Assembly: GCA_028534125.1 (NCBI GenBank) | Contig: CM052816.1 | Location: forward strand, 86,492,001 to 86,556,000 | Source of the DNA: Lama glama | Taxonomy: Eukaryota | Direction: 5' to 3' | DNA: 64,000 bases | Part shown: positions 1-11,354 of the stretch, one piece after another | How positions within the stretch are numbered: the first letter of the stretch is position 1 | Layout of the letters: every line of letters begins with the position of its first letter | Notes under the pieces: model-generated | What the model was told of the DNA's origin: nothing | What the model saw: the letters and a program-made list of their open reading frames with translations, nothing else | Databases searched by the model: none | Made by a program: the position numbers and the translations under genes

Positions 1-619
1 TGTCTCTGTGATCCATAAGTATTGATTTCCAGCTAGAAAGTTGAACTAAATGATCTAATTTGCATTGCCAGAAACCTAATCTGATTTAATGTGTTTTAAT
101 CAGCTAAATAATTATTGACTTATCAATGTTCAAATGTTTTAAATGCTGAACAGAAGAAGCAAGTTGATTGGTTTCTTTGCATTTTTCTATGACCACAATA
201 ATCTCTGATATCTCACTTAATTTCTGTCTCAAGGGATCCTAACTTCACTTACCTTTCCATTCCTCAGACTTAGAAACAGCAAGTCTCCAAAAAAGATGTA
301 GTTTATATTGTAGAAAAGCACTGTATTAGTGACCAGCGTTTGGGCATTCAGGTTTTGTTATATTCTGGTGGAATGGAATTCTAGGCCTATTTTAGTGACT
401 ATGATTTAAAAAAATGTACAGATACTTTACAAGTATGAATTAGTAAATAAAGATTTGTATAATCAGTTCTAATATTATGTTTCTTTTTTGATATTTTTAT
501 TATATTATACTACAGGTTTTTTATACTGAAAAACTTTAAATACTAATATTATAAATCATAGAACTCTAAATTCCTCTTGAAGTGTACAGATACCTTATAT
601 CTAAAACAAAGACCAGTGA

Positions 620-770
620 GGGGAAGGTATAGCTCAGTGGTAGAGTGTGCTTAGCAAGCACAAGGCCTTGGGGTCAATCCCCAGCATCTCCATTAAAACA
701 AATAAACAAACAAACAACCCCCCCAAAAAACAAAAAAGTTGGACCAAAAAAGGCAAAAAAAGAAAAAAAT
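620..770 (+). mobile_element. tRNA-Ala-derived SINE (Vic-1-like, camelid)
   Basis: ggggaaggtatagctcagtggtagag...cttagca...ggtcaatccccagcatctcc (Pol III A and B boxes), followed by an A-rich tail. Confidence 0.85.
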
Positions 771-1770
771 CAGTTACATGTTAAAAGGTAATGACTTACT
801 GTTATTTAAAGTTTAAAGAAAGTTTTTTTAACTAAGTAGGCTGGAGTTGATGATGTTTTGTGGTAGAAGCATAGTGAAATAGATATATATCAAGGAAGTG
901 TTAGAGGTTGCCAGGCAGAGAATTGTGCAGAACGTCTTTCATAAAGAGGAAAAGTGTATCAAGCTGAAGTAGGAAAAGCATATTGGAAAAACCTAAAGGA
1001 GACCAGTGTTATGGAGATTACTAATGAAGGGAGAGACTGAGAGGGAAGAGGAGCCAGTCTCTGCAGGGCCAGCCTATGTATGCTCTATTTTAAATACAAA
1101 TGGAACTACCGAAGAGTTCTGAAGCTCTGAGTGATTATTGATAAAATTACTGTTTTCAAAGAGGCAATATGATTGCAGTGTGTACTGAGAGTATCTTAGA
1201 TTTGATTGGATTTGGCCAAGTGTAGGATTTGGTAAATGAGTTAGGGTGTTTCTTGGTTATCCAAAATACGAGTGTGTATTAGCTACTATACTCCAAAAAA
1301 TACAACGGGATTAAAAAGGTGAGAAAACTACAAAGTTATCTCTGTTTGTATAACATCTTCATGGTACATACAAATAAACAAGTAAATAATAGAATGCCTG
1401 GCAGCAGCAAGTGGTATGAAGAGCACCTGGGAGTGGTATTTTCAATAAAATTATTTTCAGTAGGGTTATTGCTGAAAGCGTTTGCAGAGTTGAGCAGTTA
1501 TCTGAAGGAAGTAAGCGAGAGCGTTGTCTGAATATCCAGAAATGGATGTTTCTAGGAGAAACAGCAAAGGCAGAGAGAGCCAATAAGACAGACAGTAGCC
1601 AAGGAATGAACGGAGAGTTGCTTTCAATAGTGTGTTACCAGGGATTGGTAGAGAAAAATGTAGAAAAGGAATGAAAAAGTACACATTAAGGGACTAACTG
1701 GAGTGTGGTGGAAACTCAGTCTTAATGCTGTCTCCTGGGAAATGACTTCAAACCGAGCAGGAAAGGTGCC

Positions 1771-2153
1771 TGGACTAGTTAGTTAGGGCGGCCGTAACGA
1801 GGTCCCACAGGCTAGGTGGTGTAAACGATAGAAATTTATTTTCTCACAGTTCTGGAAACTGGAAGTCCCAGAGCAAAGTGGATTCTTCTGAGGCCTTTCT
1901 TTGGCTCGTAGATGCCCATCTTCTCCTTGTCTTCCCATGGGCTTTCCTCTGTGCCTGCCTGTGTCTAAGTCTCTTTTTTAGGACACTAGTCACGTAAGAC
2001 TAGGGATAGCCCTAATGTTTCCATTTAACCATAATTACCTCTCTAAAGACTCTGTCTTTTAGTACAGACACCTTCTGAGGTACTGAGTTGGGGCTGGGGG
2101 CCCAACATATGAATTTTGAGGGCTGTCACCCCTTAAACACTCGGCCCATGATA
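1771..2153 (-). mobile_element. MaLR solo LTR, MLT1B/C-like
   Basis: Typical MLT1 blocks: agaaatttattttctcacagttctgga, taattacctctctaaagac, ctgaggtactg, caacatatgaatttt. Confidence 0.8.
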
Positions 2154-2637
2154 GAGCTGTTTTCTCCGATTTGGTAAATTGTGTTATGATTATTTGAGGG
2201 TAGTGGGGGAAGAATTTTATGTGAGAGAAATAAGATGTAAAGAATGTATAGAGAGATGTAAGAAATGAATTTTTGACAAGAAAGACTTTGAAAAGTCCAG
2301 TTTGGTACACATCTTTCCTGGAAGTGACTAAAGGAAAACACGCATTAGGAAAGATGTACTCTGGCAAGAGCATGACTGGCTAAGAGGTCTAGACTTAAGT
2401 ATGTGTATTAAGGAGAATGACTTAAGGTTTATGAGCAAGAAGGTGCTCTAATCAGAAGTGTGCTTCAGGTCGATTAATCTGTCAGTGACATGTGGTTTAC
2501 GATCAGGTGCTGAAACATGAATCTCATTAGCAGTAGAGGTTGTTCATGCTGGAAGCACAGCTAGGTGCACTGGGGGCTTAGAGAAATTCTTGTTTTCCTC
2601 TGGAATGGAAGGGGATTTGTCAGAACTTAGTGTTTTT

Positions 2638-3086
2638 TTTTAACTTTTTTTTTTATTGAAGTACAGTCAGTTTAGAGTGTTGTGCCAATTTCTGGTGTAC
2701 AGCATAATGTTTCAGTCATACATATACATACATATGTTCCTTTAAAGATTCTTTTTCATTTTAGGTTACTACAAGATATTGAATACAACGCCCTGTGTGA
2801 TGCAGTAGAAATTTGTTGTTTATCTATCCCACATATAGTAGTTGGCATCTGCAAATCTCAAACTCCCAATTTATTCCTTCCCATCCCCTTTGCCCTGGTA
2901 ACCATAAATTTATTTTCTATGTCTGTGAGTCAGTTTCTGTTTTGTAAGTAAGTTCGTGTGTGTCTTTTTTTGTTGTTGTTGTTCCACATATAAGTAATAT
3001 CATATGGTATTTTTCTTTCTCTGACCTACTTCACTTAGAATGACGATCTCCAGTTCCATCCATGTTGCTGCAAATGGAATTATTTT
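2638..3086 (-). mobile_element. 5'-truncated L1 3' end (artiodactyl/camelid type) with 14-bp TSD
   Basis: Poly-T then ttattgaagtacagtcagttt...gttccacatataag...cttcacttagaatgac...ccatccatgttgctgcaaatgg. Perfect TSD aacttagtgttttt at 2624-2637 and 3094-3107. Confidence 0.9.
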
Positions 3087-3682
3087 AGTGTTTAACTTAG
3101 TGTTTTTACACTGACACTGTGAAGAGCAACTTTATATTTAGACTATCCTTTGTTTCCCTGTCACACACTGAAGTAGGATTTCTCCCCACTGTGTCTGATT
3201 TCATGGAATTTTGTAATGTGCTGCCCTGCAGTTGAAATAAACTAATTAGCAAATAACCAAAAATAACAAAGGGAAAACAATAGAAATATATTCACTGCAA
3301 CATATAAATATTCACCTTGTATTCTGTGATTTGTTGTAACTATATAAACACAGGCAGGTACGTATCTGCACTCAAAGCTAATCTCTAGTTATTTGTGCAA
3401 ATGAAAAAAAAAGACAACATACTCATTTTAAAACCAGAATTCCTAATACCATTAGGGGTTGGTACTCACTATGCATAGTATGCACAGTCCAAATCCCCCA
3501 CATGTTCACTTGTTCTGTTCCTAGACTCTATCTTATCCATATTAGGCATATTCAACTTTTTAATTAGTCAACATCTAATGTAGAGTCAAAGATACATAAC
3601 ATTCTCTAATACACATTTTTCCCTTTGAATCCTCTGTTGAGAAATCTCTCTCTCTCCCTCTTCTTTTCTTTACTCTTTGCAG

Positions 3683-3870
3683 ACACCATCCATCTTCGAG
3701 TTCTGGAGTCGTCCCCCGTTGGCACAGCTGTTGGAAGTGTAAAAGCGACTGATGCTGACACTGGGAAAAATGCTGAAGTAGAATACCGAATTATTGATGG
3801 CGATGGGACTGATATGTTTGACATCATAACGGAGAAGGACACACAGGAAGGCATCATAACTGTGAAAAAG
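3683..3870 (+). CDS. CDH10: Cadherin-10 internal coding exon (probably exon 6; EC3 start), 188 nt
   Basis: Polypyrimidine tract + cAG (3681-3682); AAG|gtacaa donor at 3871. Encodes (N)[62 protein letters not shown], with the cadherin DxD motif. Phase 1 in, phase 0 out. Confidence 0.96.
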
Positions 3871-4024
3871 GTACAAGACACCAGCAGAAATACTGATCTG
3901 GCTGTTTAGAAAGTGGAGATTTCCATCAGTATTACCCACTCATGCATTGTCCATTAAGAAATATTACTGTCATGTAAATGCACATATAGGAGGCACATAA
4001 AGCCAAAGATCTCCTCAGACATTT

Positions 4025-4169
4025 AAAAATTTTTCTTTTATTTATTTTTTTGGAGGGAGGGAGGCAATTGGTTTGTTCATTTATTTATTTTTTAACGGAG
4101 GTACTGGGGATTGAACTCAGGACCTTGTGCATGCTAAGCACACACTATCACTGAGCTATACCTTCCACC
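4025..4169 (-). mobile_element. tRNA-Ala-derived SINE (Vic-1-like) with 15-bp TSD
   Basis: Reverse-complement tRNA-like head at 4097-4169 with T-rich tail. TSD tctcctcagacattt (4010-4024) / tctccttagacattt (4170-4184). Confidence 0.9.
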
Positions 4170-4696
4170 TCTCCTTAGACATTTGGTCTAGTATTTTTGT
4201 TGATTGAAACATGAAACCTGAGATTTTATAAAATTTAAAAAGCAAGTTAATATATGTGTGATTGTATTTCTGAGCCATGTTAATAAAAGTCCTTCATTAA
4301 CATTGTTTTCTTTAAAAAATAGTTAATAACTAGTAATAGCCATAGATCATCACAGTTGGAGGCATAAAAAGTAGCATGCCATCTATCCAGATGTATGAAG
4401 CAATAATTAGGGTTGCTAATAAAAAGAGACAGCATGGATGGGAAGATAATTTCATTGTTCACATTTTCCCTTCTGCTCCATAAATTAAACTTTTCTCCTA
4501 ACATATGTTCAGTGATACAATTCGAAGGTAACTAGTTTTTTATTGTAGATTCAGTACCATCATTATAAGAAAAAATAAGGCATAGGTCCTAGTGAAATAT
4601 CCTGAACACTCTATTTGCATAAAATAACCACCTGCTAATCACAAAACTATCCTCAGATTCTACTGCAAAGCCCATGGTACACAATCCACTGTTTTT

Positions 4697-4802
4697 ATGT
4701 TTGTTTGCTTGTTCGTTTGTTTTAATGGAGGTCCTGGGATTTGAACCCAGGGCCTCGTGCATACTAAGCATGCACTCCACCGCTGAGCTAGTTCCCTTCC
4801 CC
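4697..4802 (-). mobile_element. tRNA-Ala-derived SINE (Vic-1-like)
   Basis: Reverse complement reads ggggaagggaactagctcagcggtggagtgcatgcttagtatgcacgaggccctgggttcaaatcccaggacctcc plus an (AAAC)n-like tail. Confidence 0.85.
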
Positions 4803-5108
4803 ACCAATTGTTTTTCAAATGAATAGTGACCAGTATGGAGTGACCAATTCAATATTTCAGTTCCTTTTTGTTTCATAATGTAATCTAATTATCAATCAGC
4901 TCTCAAAATTTTTCTCTTTACCCAAGGTTTTTCTTATATTCAGTGTTTCATGTAACTGCTGAAAGTTTTATATTAGTCTTCAAAACTTCATCAGGTTTCT
5001 GTAGTGCCATGAGCCAGCCGATTAAACTGGATGGAAATATCACAACATAAATTTTGAATGATAACTGATTCTTTGCTTAGAAAAACTTAACAGTAGCCAA
5101 TACCTCAG

Positions 5109-5154
5109 CACACACACACATACACACATATGCACACACATGCACACACGCACA
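5109..5154. repeat. Interrupted (CA)n microsatellite
   Basis: cacacacacacatacacacatatgcacacacatgcacacacgcaca. Confidence 0.9.
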
Positions 5155-5472
5155 ATTCACCAGCCCATGTTTTATGAGTTACCTCTGTAGGAGACAAGTC
5201 TTAATACCCTTTTCAATTTTTCTGAGATTTAAAATCTCATCTTCTTATGTTCTGGAATATTACATTCTAAGTATATAAAAAGTAAAAACTAAGTTCTATT
5301 TGATATGTAAAGATTTATGTATTTTTATTACTTTTAGTGACTTACAGTTAATGAACAACTTGACAGAACTCAGCTAGGCTTTAAAAATCATACTGTAACT
5401 TGGAAGGACCCTCTAATCTAGTTCCCCTCAATCTAATTTGATGATTTATTTACTTATTTATTTTTAATACAG

Positions 5473-5726
5473 CCACTTGACTACGAAAGCCGAAGGCTTT
5501 ACACTCTGAAGGTAGAAGCAGAAAATACCCACGTGGATCCACGTTTTTATTACCTAGGACCGTTTAAAGACACGACAATTGTGAAAATCTCTATCGAAGA
5601 TGTGGACGAGCCTCCCGTTTTCAGCAGATCCTCCTATCTGTTCGAGGTTCACGAGGATATTGAAGTGGGCACAATCATTGGTACCGTGATGGCAAGGGAC
5701 CCAGATTCGACTTCTAGCCCCATCAG
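5473..5726 (+). CDS. CDH10: Cadherin-10 coding exon (probably exon 7; EC3-EC4), 254 nt
   Basis: cAG at 5471-5472; AG|gtaatt donor at 5727. [50 protein letters not shown]...[11 protein letters not shown](R), with LDYE and DxDEPP Ca2+-binding motifs. Confidence 0.97.
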
Positions 5727-7593
5727 GTAATTATGCTTCTGTTTAAGATGAAAAGAAAGGGGAATTGAAGTAAACATAGAGATCATGAAATTCTATTTAA
5801 AGCACTTAAATGCACTGAAAGATAAGAGGGTGTCTCCGTACGGTGCACATAAATTTGGTGAGCACAAGTGTTTACAGTAAATAGTCTGTTCTGGGGCAGC
5901 AGGTGCATGGATCTCATCATTAGCTTCGGTTTTAATCATGCCGTTTAGCCTGACACTTGGCTTGTATCATCTGCCTGGCTCTTTGAGGTATTTGTTGTCC
6001 TGAGCCCTGGTACAGGTAAAGGGTACCATTTCAGCTGTTCATTTGTGGTGTCGCTGAATCAACTTATTTGTGCTTTCAGGTTCTTAAATAATATGTGAGG
6101 TTGAGAGAGGTTTTAACAGTCAAAAAAAAATCATAACTATGTTACAATGTAGTTATGATTATAGAAACTCTTCTATACTCCTATCATCAAAAGGGGACTT
6201 TGTTGTTTGGGCTATATCAAAAAATTTAGAACATTCCAACAAGATCAGAGTGATTTCAATTTTTTTTTTGCTTTGTTTTCTTATGGCAATTAAAAATATA
6301 TGAAATGGGAAAAACACATACAAATGAGAAAGGGTCAAAGTCTTCATTGACCTTTGTTCTCTCATTTTAAAAAAGTACAGATATCTATAAGTAATATTCA
6401 CCATCAAAATGACTGCCTTAGACCATTAGTCCGTCGTGTGTTTTGGATTTCATTTGTTTCCTTCATCCTCAGCAAGCTGATTTTGCTTCTTTTTTTCTAT
6501 GTTGGCCAGTCAAGTAGGAGTTCAAGTGGTTGTACAATTTCCAAGTACACACTCCTAACTATGCTGCAGTGGAATGTCAGAAACCTCTAATTTTATGGGC
6601 CATGTGACTAACTCAAATTAAAGTTAAAATTTCTGTAGGTTCTATCAGATCTTCAAGTGGAGTCATATTATATATATACATGTATATATAAATTGCTATT
6701 TGATTTATATTATTTTACCTAAATATTTCTTATCTTCACATACAGCATGAGGTTACATACTGGCAGCCAAAACCTGCATATGGCACTCAAGTACAGCTCC
6801 CATCTGCCAGCATGACTTCCCCATAAATGCCTCTTCTCCACCACATTTATCTTCAGTGGAATTGCTGCATTCCTTGGATTTTTTTCCTTTGAAGCTTTTA
6901 AATAACCAATATACGTGCTTAATTTTCCACATTAAATACTTACCAAGCACTCCCTTGGCATGTATTCCTGGTTTTAAAATGGCCTTTTAAAAGTCAAATA
7001 CAATATATTTTTTTAAGTTCAGTTTAAATCTAGTGACATTATTAAGTGACAGTATAAAAGATATTTTTCCATACAATGAAATCAATTTTGCATCTTTTTA
7101 TAGACTGATGGTTGTTATACATCAAAATGTATCTGTGAATTTTTGAAACAAAAAGTAAAATATTTCATCAGGATGCAAGTCCTGGAGACCAGGAGAAAAG
7201 AATCCACTGCGTGCACTAAATGCAACAGAATTAATAACATCATTGCTTATTAATGACAGAGTCTACACCATGATTCTTGTTGCATATTTAAATTTATGCT
7301 AACTTGATGTAGAAAATGGAAATGAATATTACTGAGTGTTAATCTTGATAGAACACACAGATCAAAAAATGTATATATATTATCAAAGGAATAAAGTAGC
7401 TTTACTAAAGCAACGTATTTGGGGATGGATAATTGGATAATACTGGTCATGTTATAAACTGTTTATGTCATATACTATGGCTGCTAATGCAATAATCAGA
7501 GAGGTTTACCTAAAATATGTATTCTGGAACTGATTTAAAAATGAAAATCTTAGGTAATAATATAATTTACCAGAAGAGAACTGGAACATATAG

Positions 7594-8337
7594 CAGTAGA
7601 CTCTTGAACAACTTGGGGATTAAGGGCACAAATCTCCCCCACCAAAGCAGTTGAAACTCTGAATATAACCTCATAGTTGGCCCTCTGTGTCCACAATTCT
7701 GCATCCAAGCATTCAACTTCAGATTTATTTATTCAACGAATATATACTGTAGTTTATCTTGTCAACTGAAGAAAATGCACAACCTCAACGTTGAGAGTTA
7801 TATTTTATTTGGTGGACACTTCTGAGGACTTGAGCCCAAGATAACAACTTTTCAGATAGCTCTGAGAGACTGCTCTGAAGAGGCAGGGGAGGAGCCAGGA
7901 TATATATGAGTTTTACAACAAAGACCAGGTAGTCAGAACATCAAAAGATTACTGTTAATTAAAGAAAACCAGGTGTCTCAAGTTAAGGAATTTAGCATTT
8001 TTCTATGTACGGGAAGATGCAAAAGTCTGTCATTGAAATCATTCCTCTGATATGCACCTAAATATGTAGGTCCCGCACCCTGTTCTTTTCCCATCCTGAG
8101 TTCCCTCAGGGTGCACCGCTGCGGGTGGTGGCAGAGGCAGGGCTGCCTGTTTGTCTTCATCCTGAGTTCCCTCCTGCTCACCTTCGGGGGCTGTGGTAGT
8201 GACTGATGACATGATGGCCGCAGCATCCTTTGTTAACTGATACAGCAAGGCAATATTTTTCACTCAATATTTATTGAAAAAATTCACTTATAAGTAGACC
8301 CACAAAATTCAAACCCATGTTGTTCAAGGGTCAACTG
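7594..8337. mobile_element. Tigger2-type non-autonomous DNA transposon, split by an LTR insertion
   Basis: Terminal inverted repeats (TIRs) cagtagactcttgaacaac (7594) and gttgttcaagggtcaactg (ends 8337), the latter followed by TA. Confidence 0.8.
7760..8266 (-). mobile_element. ERV1-class solo LTR, MER41-like (artiodactyl type), nested in the Tigger
   Basis: TG...CA ends; 4-bp TSD atct/atat. AATAAA (~7805) and TATA (~7900) on the minus strand. Internal direct repeat catcctgagttccctc. The end tgtcaactgaagaaaatgcacaac resembles my recollection of MER41_BT-type LTRs. Confidence 0.75.
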
Positions 8338-10348
8338 TAATTATATCATGTTTGAAAAAGAATCAGGATGTCTCTGTATCTTCAAGGTAATTTCACATAA
8401 TCCTCTAAGTTTTATCATTATTTTTTAAACTGAAGTACAAGAAAAAAACAACACAGACATAAAATGGATTTGGCTAAGACAATGATGCTTTATATTGATT
8501 TACATACTGCAACTTCCTGTCATATTTCTATAGAAATAAGTACACCATCATTTGCCAAAATGCCAAAGAGGTCAGTCATACTTTCTTCCATTCAACGAAT
8601 ATTTGTGGGTCACCACATCATTATTAACATGTTTCTCAAGGAGTTCTCAGTCTGCTAGGGAAGAAGATTTAGTATGAAAAATAATATTCGTTGAGTACCT
8701 ACTAGATTTTAAGTATGATGCTTGCCATTTTCATGTTTGATTTCCTGTTTGAGATGTGAGATGAAATGAATTGTGAATACAATGTGATAAATGACAGAGA
8801 TGAGTGGTACAAGGGACCTTAGGATGGAAGGGGACAAATAGCTTCTACTTCAGATAATCATGGAACACTCCAAGGAGGAGGTAAAATTTATGTTGGATCT
8901 TTCACTAGTAAAATAATTTTGTCAACCTGGGATATAATTTATGAATTATTCCAGATACAGAGATACAAAGTTTTGTGTAATTTGTGAATGGCTAAAACAG
9001 GTAGTTTGAATACAAAACTAAATTCCTATTGTGTTAATAGAGATGTCTGGGGTTTATTAAGGAAATTTGTAAATGACTGGTCTGTTCTATTTAGAACTGA
9101 TTTAAAATAGAAGTCTAAAATAAGCAGTCCTCAAAAATAAAATCACATTAACTATTGAAATGTTAAATTATTCTTCTAATGCAATTTATTCAAAACCCAA
9201 TATAAAGATCATAAATTTCAATCGATTTTTGGAAATATTATACACGTTTGGAACACTAAAAGAAAAAAAGCTTTATGGCATTTTCAAAATTATTTTGTAG
9301 TATTATTCACAAAATGCAATTTAAAAATGCTATTTCATATATTTTTCCTTAAAATAAATAACAGTTGTCTCTTAAGAAAATATATGCCATACCTGAATAA
9401 TATTCCTGGTTTTGTCATCTTTATTTTGCTCTTTTTTTTAAATTTTTTAATAGGGAACATTAAAGATGCTTGCTAACTCAAAAATTCTAAAACATTTGTA
9501 AACCACTAGGATTGTGAAGTGACAGGAACCACCAGTGAGGGGTACAGTTCTTTTAAACCTTGGCTGACAATCCCCCAAATAATAAGATTTATCCCAACTA
9601 CATCATCCTGATTGATAAACCTGTTGTTAAATTTTAGAATGACACCCAGCACAATGCCATTAATTAGTTTGCAGAATACTTGTTTTTTTAATACATGTAC
9701 TAAGACTTCATTTGCTACAGATATATAAAAACTCTTATGCCAAACTTTTCTATTTTTAAAATATATCTAGTTAAAATGTATACATTTTATAATGATACAC
9801 ATGGGTAAGAAAATGAAGCTACCTGTGTACTGTACTTTGAAGCGACTAAACACAGTCATCAATTGATGATGTACACTTTTGAGGAAACTAATGTTATCTC
9901 CAATATTCTTACTAGAAGACTTTACTTCTGCTGATGATCTTATGCATTTGATCTTTGTAATAATCCTTTAGAAGTCTCAATCACTAGGCAAAGTTAGTTG
10001 GTGATGTAAAACTTGTATTTCCAACTCTTTTTTTGGAAAAAATACATGAAGGTCAGTTGAATGTGGCAATAGATAATGATTCGATAATGCAAGGATTCAG
10101 AAGACCAGCATTTCAATGCAGAACAATGGTCAATTCAGGTCTTGGAAAGAGGTTTCGGGGTGGGGGTGGGGGAGGGTCAGCGTGTGTGTGTGTGTGATAA
10201 ATTGATGACACATTCTGCATTCCAGTTCAGTACTACGTACTTTCCTGAAATTATTATTTATCACTCTATGTGTGTCTTTGCATTTCACTGTTTTCTCCTA
10301 TAAACCATCAATAATACTGCATGTATTTTTCTCTGCCCTCGTGTTCAG

Positions 10349-10485
10349 ATTTTCCTTGGATCGCCACACTGACCTTGACAGGATCTTTAACATACATTCT
10401 GGAAATGGATCCCTTTATACATCAAAGCCACTTGACCGTGAACTATCTCAGTGGCACAATCTTACTGTTATAGCTGCTGAAATCA
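10349..10485 (+). CDS. CDH10: Cadherin-10 coding exon (probably exon 8; EC4), 137 nt
   Basis: ttcAG at 10347-10348; A|gtaaga donor at 10486. (R)[45 protein letters not shown], with the LDRE motif. Phases fit both neighbours. Confidence 0.97.
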
Positions 10486-10876
10486 GTAAGATGAATTTTA
10501 TGTATATAATATTGAGCATATTTTTAGGTTTCATTTTATATTAAGAATAATTCCTTCTCATTGCACACATGAATTGTAATTTCAATCTAAGGTTTTAAAA
10601 GGCCTCTCAACACCTATAATTTTTTAAATAGTTTCTATATATACTGAGAAATAGCTATAGTCATCCACAAGTCTACATTTAATACTAACTAATAAAAATG
10701 ATCTAGAGTTGGGAACTAAAAATATTCTCTTTGGGAGAAAGGGAAATGTATTAAATTTATTGTATGGACACTATGAATTAAATTCTATGCTAAAATGCTG
10801 GGAGTCCCTGAATTAACAACAAACACATAGATATTATTACTTCCTTTTTATAGGTGAAGAAACAAAGGTATTGGTA

Positions 10877-11065
10877 ACAATAGCTAACATTTAGCACTCT
10901 GTGCCAGGTATTATTCTAAGAATTTTAAATTAATTTTCACTCCTAATACTTTTATTGACCTTTTTAACAGAGAAGGAAATAAGACTCCAGAGGTTTCAGT
11001 AACTTGTCCAAAGTCACAATGCCAGAATGGTAAAACTGGGATTTGAAACTAGTCATTCTGTTTGT
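10877..11065 (-). mobile_element. MIR SINE fragment
   Basis: Core acagagaaggaaataagactccagaggtttcagtaacttgtccaaagtcaca...gggatttgaa. Confidence 0.7.
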
Positions 11066-11179
11066 AGATCCAATACTAAATTCTATACCTAATTTACAAA
11101 ATTTCATCCAACTAGTAATAGACACAGCCAGTATTCAAAATCATATCTGTCTCTAATTGCAAAAGTTCTTGCCCATACA

Positions 11180-11354
11180 CAGGGCTGGCTATATAATTTT
11201 TAGAGCCTGTTATAAAATGAAAGTGTGAGGTCTCTTGTTAAAACATGATTAAGGAATTTAACATAGCAACAGCAGAGTGTTAAAACAAGGGTGAGTGGGG
11301 CCTTTCTAAGTGTGAGGCCCTGTTCAATGGCCCGTGCCTCTGAAGCCAGCCCTG
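11180..11354 (-). mobile_element. MER45A-like hAT DNA transposon, full length
   Basis: Perfect 11-bp TIR cagggctggct / agccagccctg; 8-bp TSD cccataca (11172-11179) / cccacaca (11355-11362). Confidence 0.88.

Noticed and set aside
620..692. tRNA-Ala(AGC)-like genes here and at 4097-4169, 4727-4802 and 49200-49275
   Set aside because: Stems are broken, and A-rich tails and TSDs are present; these are SINE heads, not functional tRNA genes.
3625..3909. ORF-track starts and ends that extend the cadherin exons, such as [10 protein letters not shown]...
   Set aside because: These are translated polypyrimidine tracts and intron read-through, not signal peptides; the splice sites define the true exons.
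6668..6690. Palindrome tatatatacatgtatatata
   Set aside because: Low-complexity TA repeat; self-complementarity is trivial.
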